A stretch of 64,000 bases of DNA from a virus (Duplodnaviria; Caudoviricetes): positions 1 through 64,000 of IMG/VR virus record IMGVR_UViG_3300033120_000574. One strand, 5' to 3'. A program made the position numbers and the translations under genes. Below the pieces are notes generated by a model. The model was not told the origin of the DNA, did not search any database, and saw only the letters and a list, made by a program, of their open reading frames with translations. This document shows, one piece after another, positions 16,714 to 24,788 of this stretch; position 1 is the stretch's first letter; every line of letters starts with the position of its first letter.

Positions 16714-17397
16714 ATGCCTACTCCTCCAGATCATCCACTGCAATCACAGATACGTGAGCTAAGTAAGAATCTAGCTACAACAACTAAACATGCACAATTA
16801 GTTTGCAGGCGTTGTCCAGTAACTTGGGAAATGCCCCGTGAATTTTATTCGCCGTCTGATTCTCTTGGGGAAACAGCAATAGTAAATCTGTTGGAGTTTG
16901 TCACAAAGCTAACCGTACACTTGACTACTGCACACAAACTGCATGTGTGCAGCTGTGGCGGTGCTTTCTCAAATGTGGGTGGTGTGCGAAAATGCAATAC
17001 AAGTGAAACATGCAAAAATAGTACACAAAAAAAGGAATTTGAAAAGATTGGCTATCGTGCTGTTGCATTCGCACCCACGATGTTAAACGCCACTAAGTAT
17101 AACGACTTAGTGTCTAGATTTAAGAATACGTTTGAAGTCAAAGAATTGCCTGTACCAACCTTTATGTTTGGGAGGTGGTTTGTACCTAACCACATTGCAG
17201 ACAGGCTCGATTTCCTGCACTATAAAGCACACAGGAGCACCCAAGACTGGGAACTCAATGCGGAATATACCGGGTACGGGGCTAAAGGAAATCCTAAAAA
17301 GGAAGCGTATATCGCGGACTTGGAAGTGTTAATTAACACCATAAACGAAGACTGGAATCTGGTCCTCGCAATGTTTGAACTCAGGGAGAAACAATGA
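16714..17397 (+). CDS. Zinc-finger protein paralog, class II tag
   Basis: CRRC...HLTTAH; CSCGGAF...C; ends DWNLVLAMFELREKQ. Confidence 0.75.
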   Translation: MPTPPDHPLQSQIRELSKNLATTTKHAQLVCRRCPVTWEMPREFYSPSDSLGETAIVNLLEFVTKLTVHLTTAHKLHVCSCGGAFSNVGGVRKCNTSETCKNSTQKKEFEKIGYRAVAFAPTMLNATKYNDLVSRFKNTFEVKELPVPTFMFGRWFVPNHIADRLDFLHYKAHRSTQDWELNAEYTGYGAKGNPKKEAYIADLEVLINTINEDWNLVLAMFELREKQ

Positions 17398-17696
17398 CTA
17401 CTGTACTTGGTTTGTTTGTAGTTGCAACGATGATGTATTTTGGAGCAAAGGCTGCAATATATTTGAAGTCGTTGGTTAAGAAAGAACATGAAATTACTGA
17501 CCATGTTCTTAACGAATATGACAAAATTGTTAAGAGACGAGATGAGATGATCCACGGTTTGCTTGTGGATCAGTTTGCAGACCTACGTAAAGCGTTGATA
17601 CTTGTAGACACTCACACCATTCGTGACGCAGCTGACCTTGCTGATGTTGCACGTAAATGCCTACACAACTATGACAAGGTGCGCAATGGAGTTTGA
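17394..17696 (+). CDS. Small membrane-anchored protein
   Basis: N-terminal hydrophobic helix. Confidence 0.65.
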   Translation: MTTVLGLFVVATMMYFGAKAAIYLKSLVKKEHEITDHVLNEYDKIVKRRDEMIHGLLVDQFADLRKALILVDTHTIRDAADLADVARKCLHNYDKVRNGV

Positions 17697-17901
17697 GTAT
17701 ACACATAAACCTTTGTTCAAGGTTAGTTTTAACCACTTTACCTTGATCAAAGAACCTAAAGGCGAGATTGATCCAAATGCACCTACTTGGTGCTTTTTCG
17801 ATACCAAGCATCCAAGTGTCTACTTTGCTGAAACACTTCCAAAGCTAGTAAAAGAAGTAGTACTTAACTGGCGTAAAGACCACACGATTGTAGGATACTG
17901 A
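17686..17901 (+). CDS. Hypothetical protein
   Basis: MEFEYTHK... in a coupled run; start uncertain. Confidence 0.55.
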   Translation: MEFEYTHKPLFKVSFNHFTLIKEPKGEIDPNAPTWCFFDTKHPSVYFAETLPKLVKEVVLNWRKDHTIVGY

Positions 17902-17902
17902 G

Positions 17903-18442
17903 ATGAAGAAGAATACAATAAAAGCAATGACAAGTTCTGTGAATGAACACTGGAACACGCCAGAGTCTATTATTGATCCTATGGTGGCTAGGTTTGGACA
18001 GGTAACTCTTGACCCTTGTTCAAACTCAACAAGCATTGTCAATGCAAAGCAAATCTATACAGGGCCGGATGCTGGTGGCTTGGACGGCTTAGCGGAGACT
18101 TGGCAAGTCAACGGACTAGTGTTTGCTAACACACCTTATGGACGCAAGATTCGACTGTGGACAAAGAAGATAGCTATTGAGGCTGCATTGGCTAGGAAGT
18201 CTTACCTTGCGGATCCAGAGATTGTTCCAACTGAGATTATCTTCCTCGGACCAGCACGTACAGACACAAAGTACTTTCAAGAGGACATCTGCCCAACAGC
18301 CGACTCTGTGTGCCTTCTAAAAGGTCGTCTAGTCTTCCGTGGTGCTCCAAGCACTGCGTTGTTTCCGAGCTTCCTGGCGTACTGGGGACCGCGTCCTATG
18401 GAATTTAAGCTTGCCTTCTTGGGCATGGGTTGGTTTATGTGA
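17903..18442 (+). CDS. Phage DNA N6-adenine methyltransferase (phage Dam family)
   Basis: WNTP, LDPC, DGL..W, VFANTPY (NPPY-like), PARTDT.YF, KGRL.F. Confidence 0.85.
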   Translation: MKKNTIKAMTSSVNEHWNTPESIIDPMVARFGQVTLDPCSNSTSIVNAKQIYTGPDAGGLDGLAETWQVNGLVFANTPYGRKIRLWTKKIAIEAALARKSYLADPEIVPTEIIFLGPARTDTKYFQEDICPTADSVCLLKGRLVFRGAPSTALFPSFLAYWGPRPMEFKLAFLGMGWFM

Positions 18443-18822
18443 GTATGGTGTCTTCATTGCTACAGGATGCTTTGCAGCTGGATCGCGCTATTGAAGACGC
18501 CATAGTGCTTGTGTACCCACCCAAACCGTTTAGAGCAAAAGCAGTACTTGCCCTGTTGGTAAGCAGCACGCCATGGCTTCCTCATCCATTCACAATTAGT
18601 GAAATTACATCGCCAAACGTATTGACACGTATGCTTAACGCACCTTCTCTTCCAGAGGCTATACATGTGACAGAGGGTCAACGCGAAGCATTGACCGAAC
18701 TTGGACCTGCTTTTTGTGAAGTGTACACATGCAGCGTGCAAGACGAGATAGCTTTGTTGAAGATTCTTTTCAACAAAGAAATACCTGAGATCCTTCAACT
18801 TCAACTAGAGTTACAACAATGA
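18439..18822 (+). CDS. Tagged protein, module C
   Basis: Ends CSVQDEIALLKILFNKEIPEILQLQLELQQ. Confidence 0.8.
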   Translation: MSMVSSLLQDALQLDRAIEDAIVLVYPPKPFRAKAVLALLVSSTPWLPHPFTISEITSPNVLTRMLNAPSLPEAIHVTEGQREALTELGPAFCEVYTCSVQDEIALLKILFNKEIPEILQLQLELQQ

Positions 18823-19175
18823 GTATTGTATCCCCTATATTATTTGAAGCTTTGGGAGCAGAGGAAGTGCTCCTAGCATTTCCGTTTAGCCAAGGATCAG
18901 CATTAGGAATAATACTTCATTGCTATTTACCTAGAGCAATTCCAACTCATGTTGGAGTTATTAGATCACCAACTGTTTTAGCTGGTGTTCGTACGTACTC
19001 GGATAGTATAATAGAGCTAGGCAAGGAACAAGCCGAAGCTGTGTGTTTACTGATGGACACACGAAATAAAGAGTTTCGTGAATGTAGCGTAAGGGATGAA
19101 GCTGACTTACTAAAGATCTTGTTTGATCAAAGCCTTCCAGAGCAGATTCAACTTCAACTAGAGTTACAGCAATGA
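18819..19175 (+). CDS. Tagged protein, module C paralog
   Basis: Ends CSVRDEADLLKILFDQSLPEQIQLQLELQQ. Confidence 0.8.
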   Translation: MSIVSPILFEALGAEEVLLAFPFSQGSALGIILHCYLPRAIPTHVGVIRSPTVLAGVRTYSDSIIELGKEQAEAVCLLMDTRNKEFRECSVRDEADLLKILFDQSLPEQIQLQLELQQ

Positions 19176-19516
19176 CACCAGAAAGAATGCATAGCTGGAT
19201 TAAACGTAAACTAAGTTTAGAGCATTTGCATAATGCTTGGCCTGCGACGCCCGCTGCCACGTATGGGACTAGGAACACACAAGTCACAGTAATCACTCCA
19301 TATTCAACATCGTTTGTCATAGACGTTTTGGACAAGCATTATCGAGGTAATTTTCGTGAAATAACCACGGAGCAAGCGGATGCTTTACGCAGCATTACGA
19401 AAGAACATATGTCTTCATTTGAAGCGTCAACCAAAGAAATGATGAAGATCGTTGAGATCATTACAGGCAAACCGATCCCAAAGAAGCTTCAACTTCAAAT
19501 AGAGCTAGGACATTAA
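19172..19516 (+). CDS. Tagged protein, module C paralog
   Basis: Ends ITGKPIPKKLQLQIELGH. Confidence 0.8.
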   Translation: MTPERMHSWIKRKLSLEHLHNAWPATPAATYGTRNTQVTVITPYSTSFVIDVLDKHYRGNFREITTEQADALRSITKEHMSSFEASTKEMMKIVEIITGKPIPKKLQLQIELGH

Positions 19517-19517
19517 A

Positions 19518-19697
19518 ATGACGAAAACAACAGATATCACAGTCCCTGCAGCCTTTGCTAAGATGGCATACGATTACGCTTGGGAAGCGTATGTTACCTC
19601 TTGCCTAACGCAAGGTGTAGAGGTAACAAGTAAAGAAAGCGAATACATGAAGTGGGATGACAAGGACCAAAAATTTGTAAAGCAGTTTACGAAGTAA
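19518..19697 (+). CDS. 59-aa hypothetical protein (not in ORF track)
   Basis: MTKTTDITVP...KFVKQFTK*; followed by a terminator. Confidence 0.6.
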   Translation: MTKTTDITVPAAFAKMAYDYAWEAYVTSCLTQGVEVTSKESEYMKWDDKDQKFVKQFTK

Positions 19698-19716
19698 CTT
19701 GTTTTGATGGTTGAAT

Positions 19717-19748
19717 AGCGGCTTAGGAAACTAGGCCGCTTTTCTTTT
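19717..19748 (+). terminator. Intrinsic terminator
   Basis: AGCGGCTTAG-GAAA-CTAGGCCGCT followed by a T-tract. Confidence 0.85.
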
Positions 19749-19756
19749 GGAGACAT

Positions 19757-20053
19757 ATGGAAGAGAAATTAACACAGCTGCAGTTGCTCATGGAAGTTTG
19801 TGAAGATGCTGAAAAGCTAAGTGCTATCAAGTTCATTGAAGAGCAAGAAGACCTAATCGAGAAGTCAGCGCTTGTAGCCTTGCACGTCGATGAGTGTTCG
19901 ACTTCAAGTTACAACTGCGCTATATGCTCTAAGTACAGGTGCCACTATTGCGGGAAACAAGAGTTGGATCGTAGTGAAGATGAGCCTTGCGAAGAATGTC
20001 AAGCCGACTTTCGCCAACAGGAAATGAACGATTACTATGGCCACACGTACTAA
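19757..20053 (+). CDS. Small Cys-rich zinc-binding protein
   Basis: CxxC pairs; begins MEEKLTQLQLLMEV. Confidence 0.7.
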   Translation: MEEKLTQLQLLMEVCEDAEKLSAIKFIEEQEDLIEKSALVALHVDECSTSSYNCAICSKYRCHYCGKQELDRSEDEPCEECQADFRQQEMNDYYGHTY

Positions 20054-20849
20054 CATGAAACAAATTCCTCCACGCAGATACACAGGCACTCGTAGAGTTG
20101 TAGAGGCCCGAGTTGCAGCTATGGAGGAACTGGCACTGCGTGGAAACTCTCAACACACTACGATACAGCACAGGGCTATGAATGAAGCACTTTTTATAGC
20201 AACGGGCTACAAACGCCTCACTGAAGAAGTGAAAAACAAGTGCACTGAGTTAGGTATCCTTACGCCACAAACTAAGCGTACAACGTATCAAGCAGTGAAA
20301 GACAAGAAGGAAGCTAAGTCACATGTACGGTATCGTACAGGGGGACGTGTGGGAAGACAAAACAAGCCAAAAGAAAACTGCTTACTGTGTAGTAAACTTC
20401 ACAAATCTCGACAGTGCCCGCTTACTAAAGACTGGGTAGACCTGTCCGACCCAGACACAAGTTATTCCGTGTTTGAACCCAGTGCTTGCACCTACTGGAA
20501 ACGTGAGGACTTCTTAAATAGCGTCTTCAGTGCAATTCTTTCTAATAGCTTTCGTGGTGGTAAAACTAGGGAAGAAGCAACAGGTTTGGAACAAGAGTGG
20601 AAGTTTGCGTGTGATACCTTTGCTGTCTTTGGAGACATTGGTGTGTTTGCGTTTGCTAAGAATGCAACACGTTTGGTGTATGTCTCGACTAGGTGTATGC
20701 AGTTTGCTGTTGCATGCAAAGATTACCAAGTGTTTCGGTGTATTGCACGCTCTGATCACGAGTTATCGTTGAAGCTGCAGTGCTTCAAAGAACACTACAT
20801 TCTTGGTGAAGACAATCTTCTTGGCCTTTTTGAATTGGGTAGAATGTGA
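20037..20849 (+). CDS. Hypothetical protein with CxxC-H-C zinc knuckle, class II tag
   Basis: CLLCSKLHKSRQC; ends EDNLLGLFELGRM. Confidence 0.7.
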   Translation: MATRTNMKQIPPRRYTGTRRVVEARVAAMEELALRGNSQHTTIQHRAMNEALFIATGYKRLTEEVKNKCTELGILTPQTKRTTYQAVKDKKEAKSHVRYRTGGRVGRQNKPKENCLLCSKLHKSRQCPLTKDWVDLSDPDTSYSVFEPSACTYWKREDFLNSVFSAILSNSFRGGKTREEATGLEQEWKFACDTFAVFGDIGVFAFAKNATRLVYVSTRCMQFAVACKDYQVFRCIARSDHELSLKLQCFKEHYILGEDNLLGLFELGRM

Positions 20850-21343
20850 AAAACATACATGAGATTGCCGCTGCTAACTTAGCAAAGTTCACTGCGCAAA
20901 GATACACGTTCTTAAGCAACAACGTGATACTTAGTCAATCTGTAAAAAACTTGCTAGAACGAGCAAGAAAAGAAGGGTCAAATTACAGAGGGGATGGACC
21001 CAACGAGTATTGGTGGGACATTGCAAAAGCGTTGAAGGAACAACAAGGACCATTAACAGGGGAAGATGGTTACGTGTATCGTACGGACATCACGAACTTA
21101 TGTGTAGTTGGACGTGACGTGGAAGTAAGAGAACACTTTTCAACTGGTGAACTACTTCTAGCTAAACGCAGCATGATTCCTGCTTGGCTTAATCCCTTGC
21201 CTGTGTATTTGCGGTTCGGCATTCAAGGACCAAGTGATTACGATCACCTCTTAGAAGCGACAATAGCTGCCTTGCGAGGAGACTTGGATATGATTGAAAA
21301 CATCTTTGGTTGTTACGAGTTGATGCGAGAAGCTGCTCAATGA
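20846..21343 (+). CDS. Hypothetical protein, class II tag
   Basis: Ends MIENIFGCYELMREAAQ. Confidence 0.7.
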   Translation: MKNIHEIAAANLAKFTAQRYTFLSNNVILSQSVKNLLERARKEGSNYRGDGPNEYWWDIAKALKEQQGPLTGEDGYVYRTDITNLCVVGRDVEVREHFSTGELLLAKRSMIPAWLNPLPVYLRFGIQGPSDYDHLLEATIAALRGDLDMIENIFGCYELMREAAQ

Positions 21344-21642
21344 ACTGGGCTGTCTTCAAAGAAAAGTACGCTTGGCTTATAAAGAGCACTTCAAATTCAG
21401 ATGCATTTTACGTAACATGCCCTAAAAGGCAGATAACGTTAGTCTATTATGACCAGCTGGGGCGCGTAGCAAAACGTGCTTTTGAGGACATAGAATATGA
21501 GCACCTGTGTTTTGAATCCTTCGATGTGCATTATGCAAAAGCGTACTACCTGTACATATATGAGGATGGCTTTGACGAAGACGCAGTGAAGGCTTTTGAC
21601 GTTTGTCTTGAGCAATTTCAACTTATGAACGAGTTACAATGA
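21340..21642 (+). CDS. Tagged protein, module D
   Basis: ATGA start; ends AFDVCLEQFQLMNELQ. Confidence 0.8.
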   Translation: MNWAVFKEKYAWLIKSTSNSDAFYVTCPKRQITLVYYDQLGRVAKRAFEDIEYEHLCFESFDVHYAKAYYLYIYEDGFDEDAVKAFDVCLEQFQLMNELQ

Positions 21643-21983
21643 CTGCAGAAGACTTTTACGATAGATATAAGCATTTGCTTATGTCCAGACTTTTTCCTCG
21701 TTGGAGCGTTGGCCCTGATCTGGGAATTAACCACAATAGAATTGTGTGTACTTGGTTCGACAACAATGGGTTTGGGGACGAAAACTTAGTAGCTGGTCAA
21801 GCAGAACTTGTTGCAAAGGTGTTCGGTGACCTACCCAAGAACACATCCTGCTTTTACTTAGAAGCAGAGACAGGAGTTACTACTCTGACTATCTTCTTCA
21901 ACGCTTTTGCAGGCAAGTTACAAGAGGAATTTGACGTAGCTTTGGAAAAGCTACAGTTAATGCACGAGCTAAGCAATGAGTAA
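21639..21983 (+). CDS. Tagged protein, module D
   Basis: Ends EFDVALEKLQLMHELSNE. Confidence 0.8.
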   Translation: MTAEDFYDRYKHLLMSRLFPRWSVGPDLGINHNRIVCTWFDNNGFGDENLVAGQAELVAKVFGDLPKNTSCFYLEAETGVTTLTIFFNAFAGKLQEEFDVALEKLQLMHELSNE

Positions 21984-22193
21984 ACCTTTGATGTCAGCTA
22001 AAACCTTTTTAAGGTTGAATTCACATTCAATACTGCCCCCACCAACCCACCACCATTTAGCTTACAAGGTACTTTGGACGTGGGATAATTCCTTGGCCGA
22101 GGACTACGCGGATCGTAATTACGAGCTTTACGAAAAACAAAAGATTACCTTTCCCATAATATATATAATTTCCTAACGAAAGAACTACAATGA
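21976..22193 (+). pseudogene. Possible frameshifted array member
   Basis: ORF stops at 22176. The -1 frame reads KDYLSHNIYNFLTKELQ*, ending in an ATGA overlap with the next gene. Confidence 0.45.
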
Positions 22194-22486
22194 GAGCATC
22201 CGCCGTTTGGAAAAAAGCCGTATGGTTGCAGCCCTATTGTAATGAATACAAAGACGATCTAATATCCTATGGGTTTGGTAGCGGTAGGTTGCGTGTGTTT
22301 AACATAATGTATCCTGTGTTTAGAGAAAAGCATTACGTGGAATTCTCAACAAACACTTCAACGGAGTGTGTTGCTGATTGGCAGATGTTCATCACTTTCC
22401 ACACAGAGTTCATGACAGAGCAGGACTTAGAGTTGCTTGTAGAAACTATGAACATACTCCAACTTAGACGAGAGCTTGAGCCATGA
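22190..22486 (+). CDS. Tagged protein, module D
   Basis: Ends LVETMNILQLRRELEP. Confidence 0.75.
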   Translation: MRASAVWKKAVWLQPYCNEYKDDLISYGFGSGRLRVFNIMYPVFREKHYVEFSTNTSTECVADWQMFITFHTEFMTEQDLELLVETMNILQLRRELEP

Positions 22487-22803
22487 CCAAAGAAGAGTTT
22501 TACGCAAGGTATGATGTAGGCAACAATATTGTACGTAATTATCCATTTACGGACAAAGACGAAGGTATTGCAGGATGGCATCTATACGCGCATTTACAGC
22601 AACAGGAGCATATGGATAAGCTGCGCAGCTTATTGAAAGAGCAAGGAAAGACGGACAGTGCGGATCTCAGTTGGCCATCAGGCTATCAAAACCATTTGTA
22701 TAGCTGCTTTAGAGTAAGCATAGCGTCTTTCACTGCTGAGCAAGCTGACCGACTAGACGAAGTGATGTTGCAGTGGCAACTGTATAGAGAGCTAATTCAA
22801 TGA
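22483..22803 (+). CDS. Tagged protein, module D
   Basis: Ends LDEVMLQWQLYRELIQ. Confidence 0.8.
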   Translation: MTKEEFYARYDVGNNIVRNYPFTDKDEGIAGWHLYAHLQQQEHMDKLRSLLKEQGKTDSADLSWPSGYQNHLYSCFRVSIASFTAEQADRLDEVMLQWQLYRELIQ

Positions 22804-23048
22804 GTAAGCGTCCACGATACTCATGTGTATACTTATCTAGGTACTTCAAAGAGGATGACACTACAGAAGAAGAGTATACGTATGGTCCGCATGCAGTACA
22901 TGTGTGGGATCCACAAAAGGATTATTGGGTGTGCAGAGACTGCCAATCTACATACCAAGAAAACACTGAGACGTTCGTAGAGGGTGAACGTCTCAAAATG
23001 GCACAACTACAATACGAGCTGCGCAGTGAGCAAAGAGATCAAGATTAA
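22800..23048 (+). CDS. Tagged small protein with H/CxxC motif
   Basis: HVWD...WVCRDC (similar to 10708); ends LKMAQLQYELRSEQRDQD. Confidence 0.75.
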   Translation: MSKRPRYSCVYLSRYFKEDDTTEEEYTYGPHAVHVWDPQKDYWVCRDCQSTYQENTETFVEGERLKMAQLQYELRSEQRDQD

Positions 23049-23325
23049 AGCTGTCATAATGAGAATTAACTTGCACTTCAGCAAACACAAGTTCTATCCA
23101 CAAATGTTGTTACTTGGGGAAAAAGGTAAATACAAAGTTACATCTCTGTACATTAGTGCAACAAAGATTCAAATTCGCAGAACCGACTGTGCACCTGTTG
23201 CAGTTGGAGAGATTGTAGATTTGCTTAATAGTACAGAGGAGTACATAGACTTTATATTGAACCAAGTCTATCCAGACTTCAATCTTGAAGTGTTTCAACT
23301 CCAGCAAGAACTCATAGGAACGTAA
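23026..23325 (+). CDS. Tagged protein, module B; last gene of the + strand arm
   Basis: Ends VYPDFNLEVFQLQQELIGT; GTG start inferred. Confidence 0.75.
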   Translation: MSKEIKIKAVIMRINLHFSKHKFYPQMLLLGEKGKYKVTSLYISATKIQIRRTDCAPVAVGEIVDLLNSTEEYIDFILNQVYPDFNLEVFQLQQELIGT

Positions 23326-23360
23326 AGCTATGTGTGCGACGCAGGCGTTCCAAAGCTATG

Positions 23361-24788
23361 TTACAAATGCTTTACAAATGCTGCTTGACCACAATCCCAG
23401 ATTTTGTGGAGACCAGCTGCATAGCCACTGTTTCCGGGGTATTTCATACGGTGAAAGCTTTGCTTACCGTCCGTCCAACGGAACGATGGCCAAGTCTTTT
23501 GGGGTGCAAATCCTAATGAGCACATGTAGGCAGGATTGCCATAACGCAAATCCACATACGTAAATATGCTGGCTGGTGACTCTAACTGCACTATGTGCGC
23601 TAGTAGTCTTGTATACGCCCCCGTTACTGAATGTCCGAGTTTTGTGCTAAATCTACTCACTTCAAGTTGACGGGTAGCTTTGTTCTTCCAACGAAATGCC
23701 AATGCTGCAACACATACACCATCATACATTAGCCCTACAATTTTATCGTGTGCGCGACTTCCCATAAGGTGGTTCTCATCGAAAAATGCAGCACCAACCT
23801 CTACGATTTGGCATTTGCGGGCCATTACAGTTCGGCTCAAATGTAGCTTGTGCAGGATCATGCTTTCACAGATTTGCGGACAGTTATCCAACTCATCCGT
23901 ACGGAAAAACAACGAACGGTATCCCAAGTCTGTGTAAGTTTGCTGTTTAGTCACGTGATACTGATTGTTCGCCTGAACCGCATCGCTGTGCCAGTACAAA
24001 CCGTCCACCTCAATAATGAGTTTGTGTGACTCAATTACAAAATCAGGACGATAACGCGACCCCAACAACTGTTTGTTACACACAGGATTATACTGTCGGA
24101 TCCAGGACATAACCAATGTTTCGTAACTTGACTTGTCTGGCTCCAAAGACAACGCGTGTGCTTCTCCCTTGTGTTTGAGTGCAGATTGCAATGTTGAGTA
24201 AGCCACACCTTGTGTACGTGCTTGTGTTGACAGTGGTACGCCTTGAATGAGTTTGTTCAAGCCTGAGCGTTCACGTGTTGCCCTAGTCTTTGAAATCACC
24301 TCAGGGCGTGACAAAGGGTGTGAGCCGTTCCATCGTGCCAACTTCTTTTCCAAACCAACACCGCCATGTAGTGAACAAGCATGACCATAGCGATCTTGGT
24401 TTGTTTGTTTAATCTTTTGTTTGGTGTCCTTTGATTTCAAGTTAGTAGACACACCGTAACGAGCGAGACATGTAGCGCGCTTCTTAGCTTTGACAGAGGG
24501 TAGCTGTGATACGTTCGTGCATCCTGCCAGGTCCAGTTTAGGCGGTTTAGTAGCAGACTTTGCCCTACCTTGACCAACACCAATACGCTCTATTGGTGTA
24601 GACCGTATGCGCTTTATCAATGAATTCAAAGTGGTACTGAATTCTCTGTTAGTGACCAGGTTCTTAAATACTGAGGGTGCAGTCACGGACCCTCCATACT
24701 GTAAGACTAGCACCTGTGAGGTGGTTTTATATAAGTGTTCGTTGGCATCTTCAAGCGTTTTGATTTGTTTACGCATAAGAGATCTCAT
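23361..24788 (-). CDS. Hef-like free-standing homing endonuclease (Vsr/DUF559-type nuclease + GNAT-like domain)
   Basis: ATCLARYGV-type repeats; YRPDF...IIEVDGLYWHS; ARKC...ENHLMG...RF...TYVDLRY...IWDCG; ATGA overlap with the terL stop. Confidence 0.75.
   Translation of the reverse strand: MRSLMRKQIKTLEDANEHLYKTTSQVLVLQYGGSVTAPSVFKNLVTNREFSTTLNSLIKRIRSTPIERIGVGQGRAKSATKPPKLDLAGCTNVSQLPSVKAKKRATCLARYGVSTNLKSKDTKQKIKQTNQDRYGHACSLHGGVGLEKKLARWNGSHPLSRPEVISKTRATRERSGLNKLIQGVPLSTQARTQGVAYSTLQSALKHKGEAHALSLEPDKSSYETLVMSWIRQYNPVCNKQLLGSRYRPDFVIESHKLIIEVDGLYWHSDAVQANNQYHVTKQQTYTDLGYRSLFFRTDELDNCPQICESMILHKLHLSRTVMARKCQIVEVGAAFFDENHLMGSRAHDKIVGLMYDGVCVAALAFRWKNKATRQLEVSRFSTKLGHSVTGAYTRLLAHIVQLESPASIFTYVDLRYGNPAYMCSLGFAPQKTWPSFRWTDGKQSFHRMKYPGNSGYAAGLHKIWDCGQAAFVKHL

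Noticed and set aside
3-23325. Tag as a beta-clamp-binding motif (QLxLxL / QL[SD]LF)
   Set aside because: QLQLEL and QLKLEL fit, but many members have polar residues at position 4 (Q, E, N, H, R) and the conserved residue is Glu. This is more consistent with a helical motif; clamp binding is not excluded for a subset.
3-23325. Tag as a by-product of Shine-Dalgarno sequences for the next gene
   Set aside because: GAG may double as a ribosome-binding site, but several members use GAA, the L-Q-L part is unexplained, the last genes of arrays (2548, 23325) keep it, and coupled core genes lack it.
3-23325. Integron-like cassette array or DNA recombination repeat
   Set aside because: No attC-like palindromes or intergenic spacers, no integrase in the window, and the motif DNA varies synonymously.
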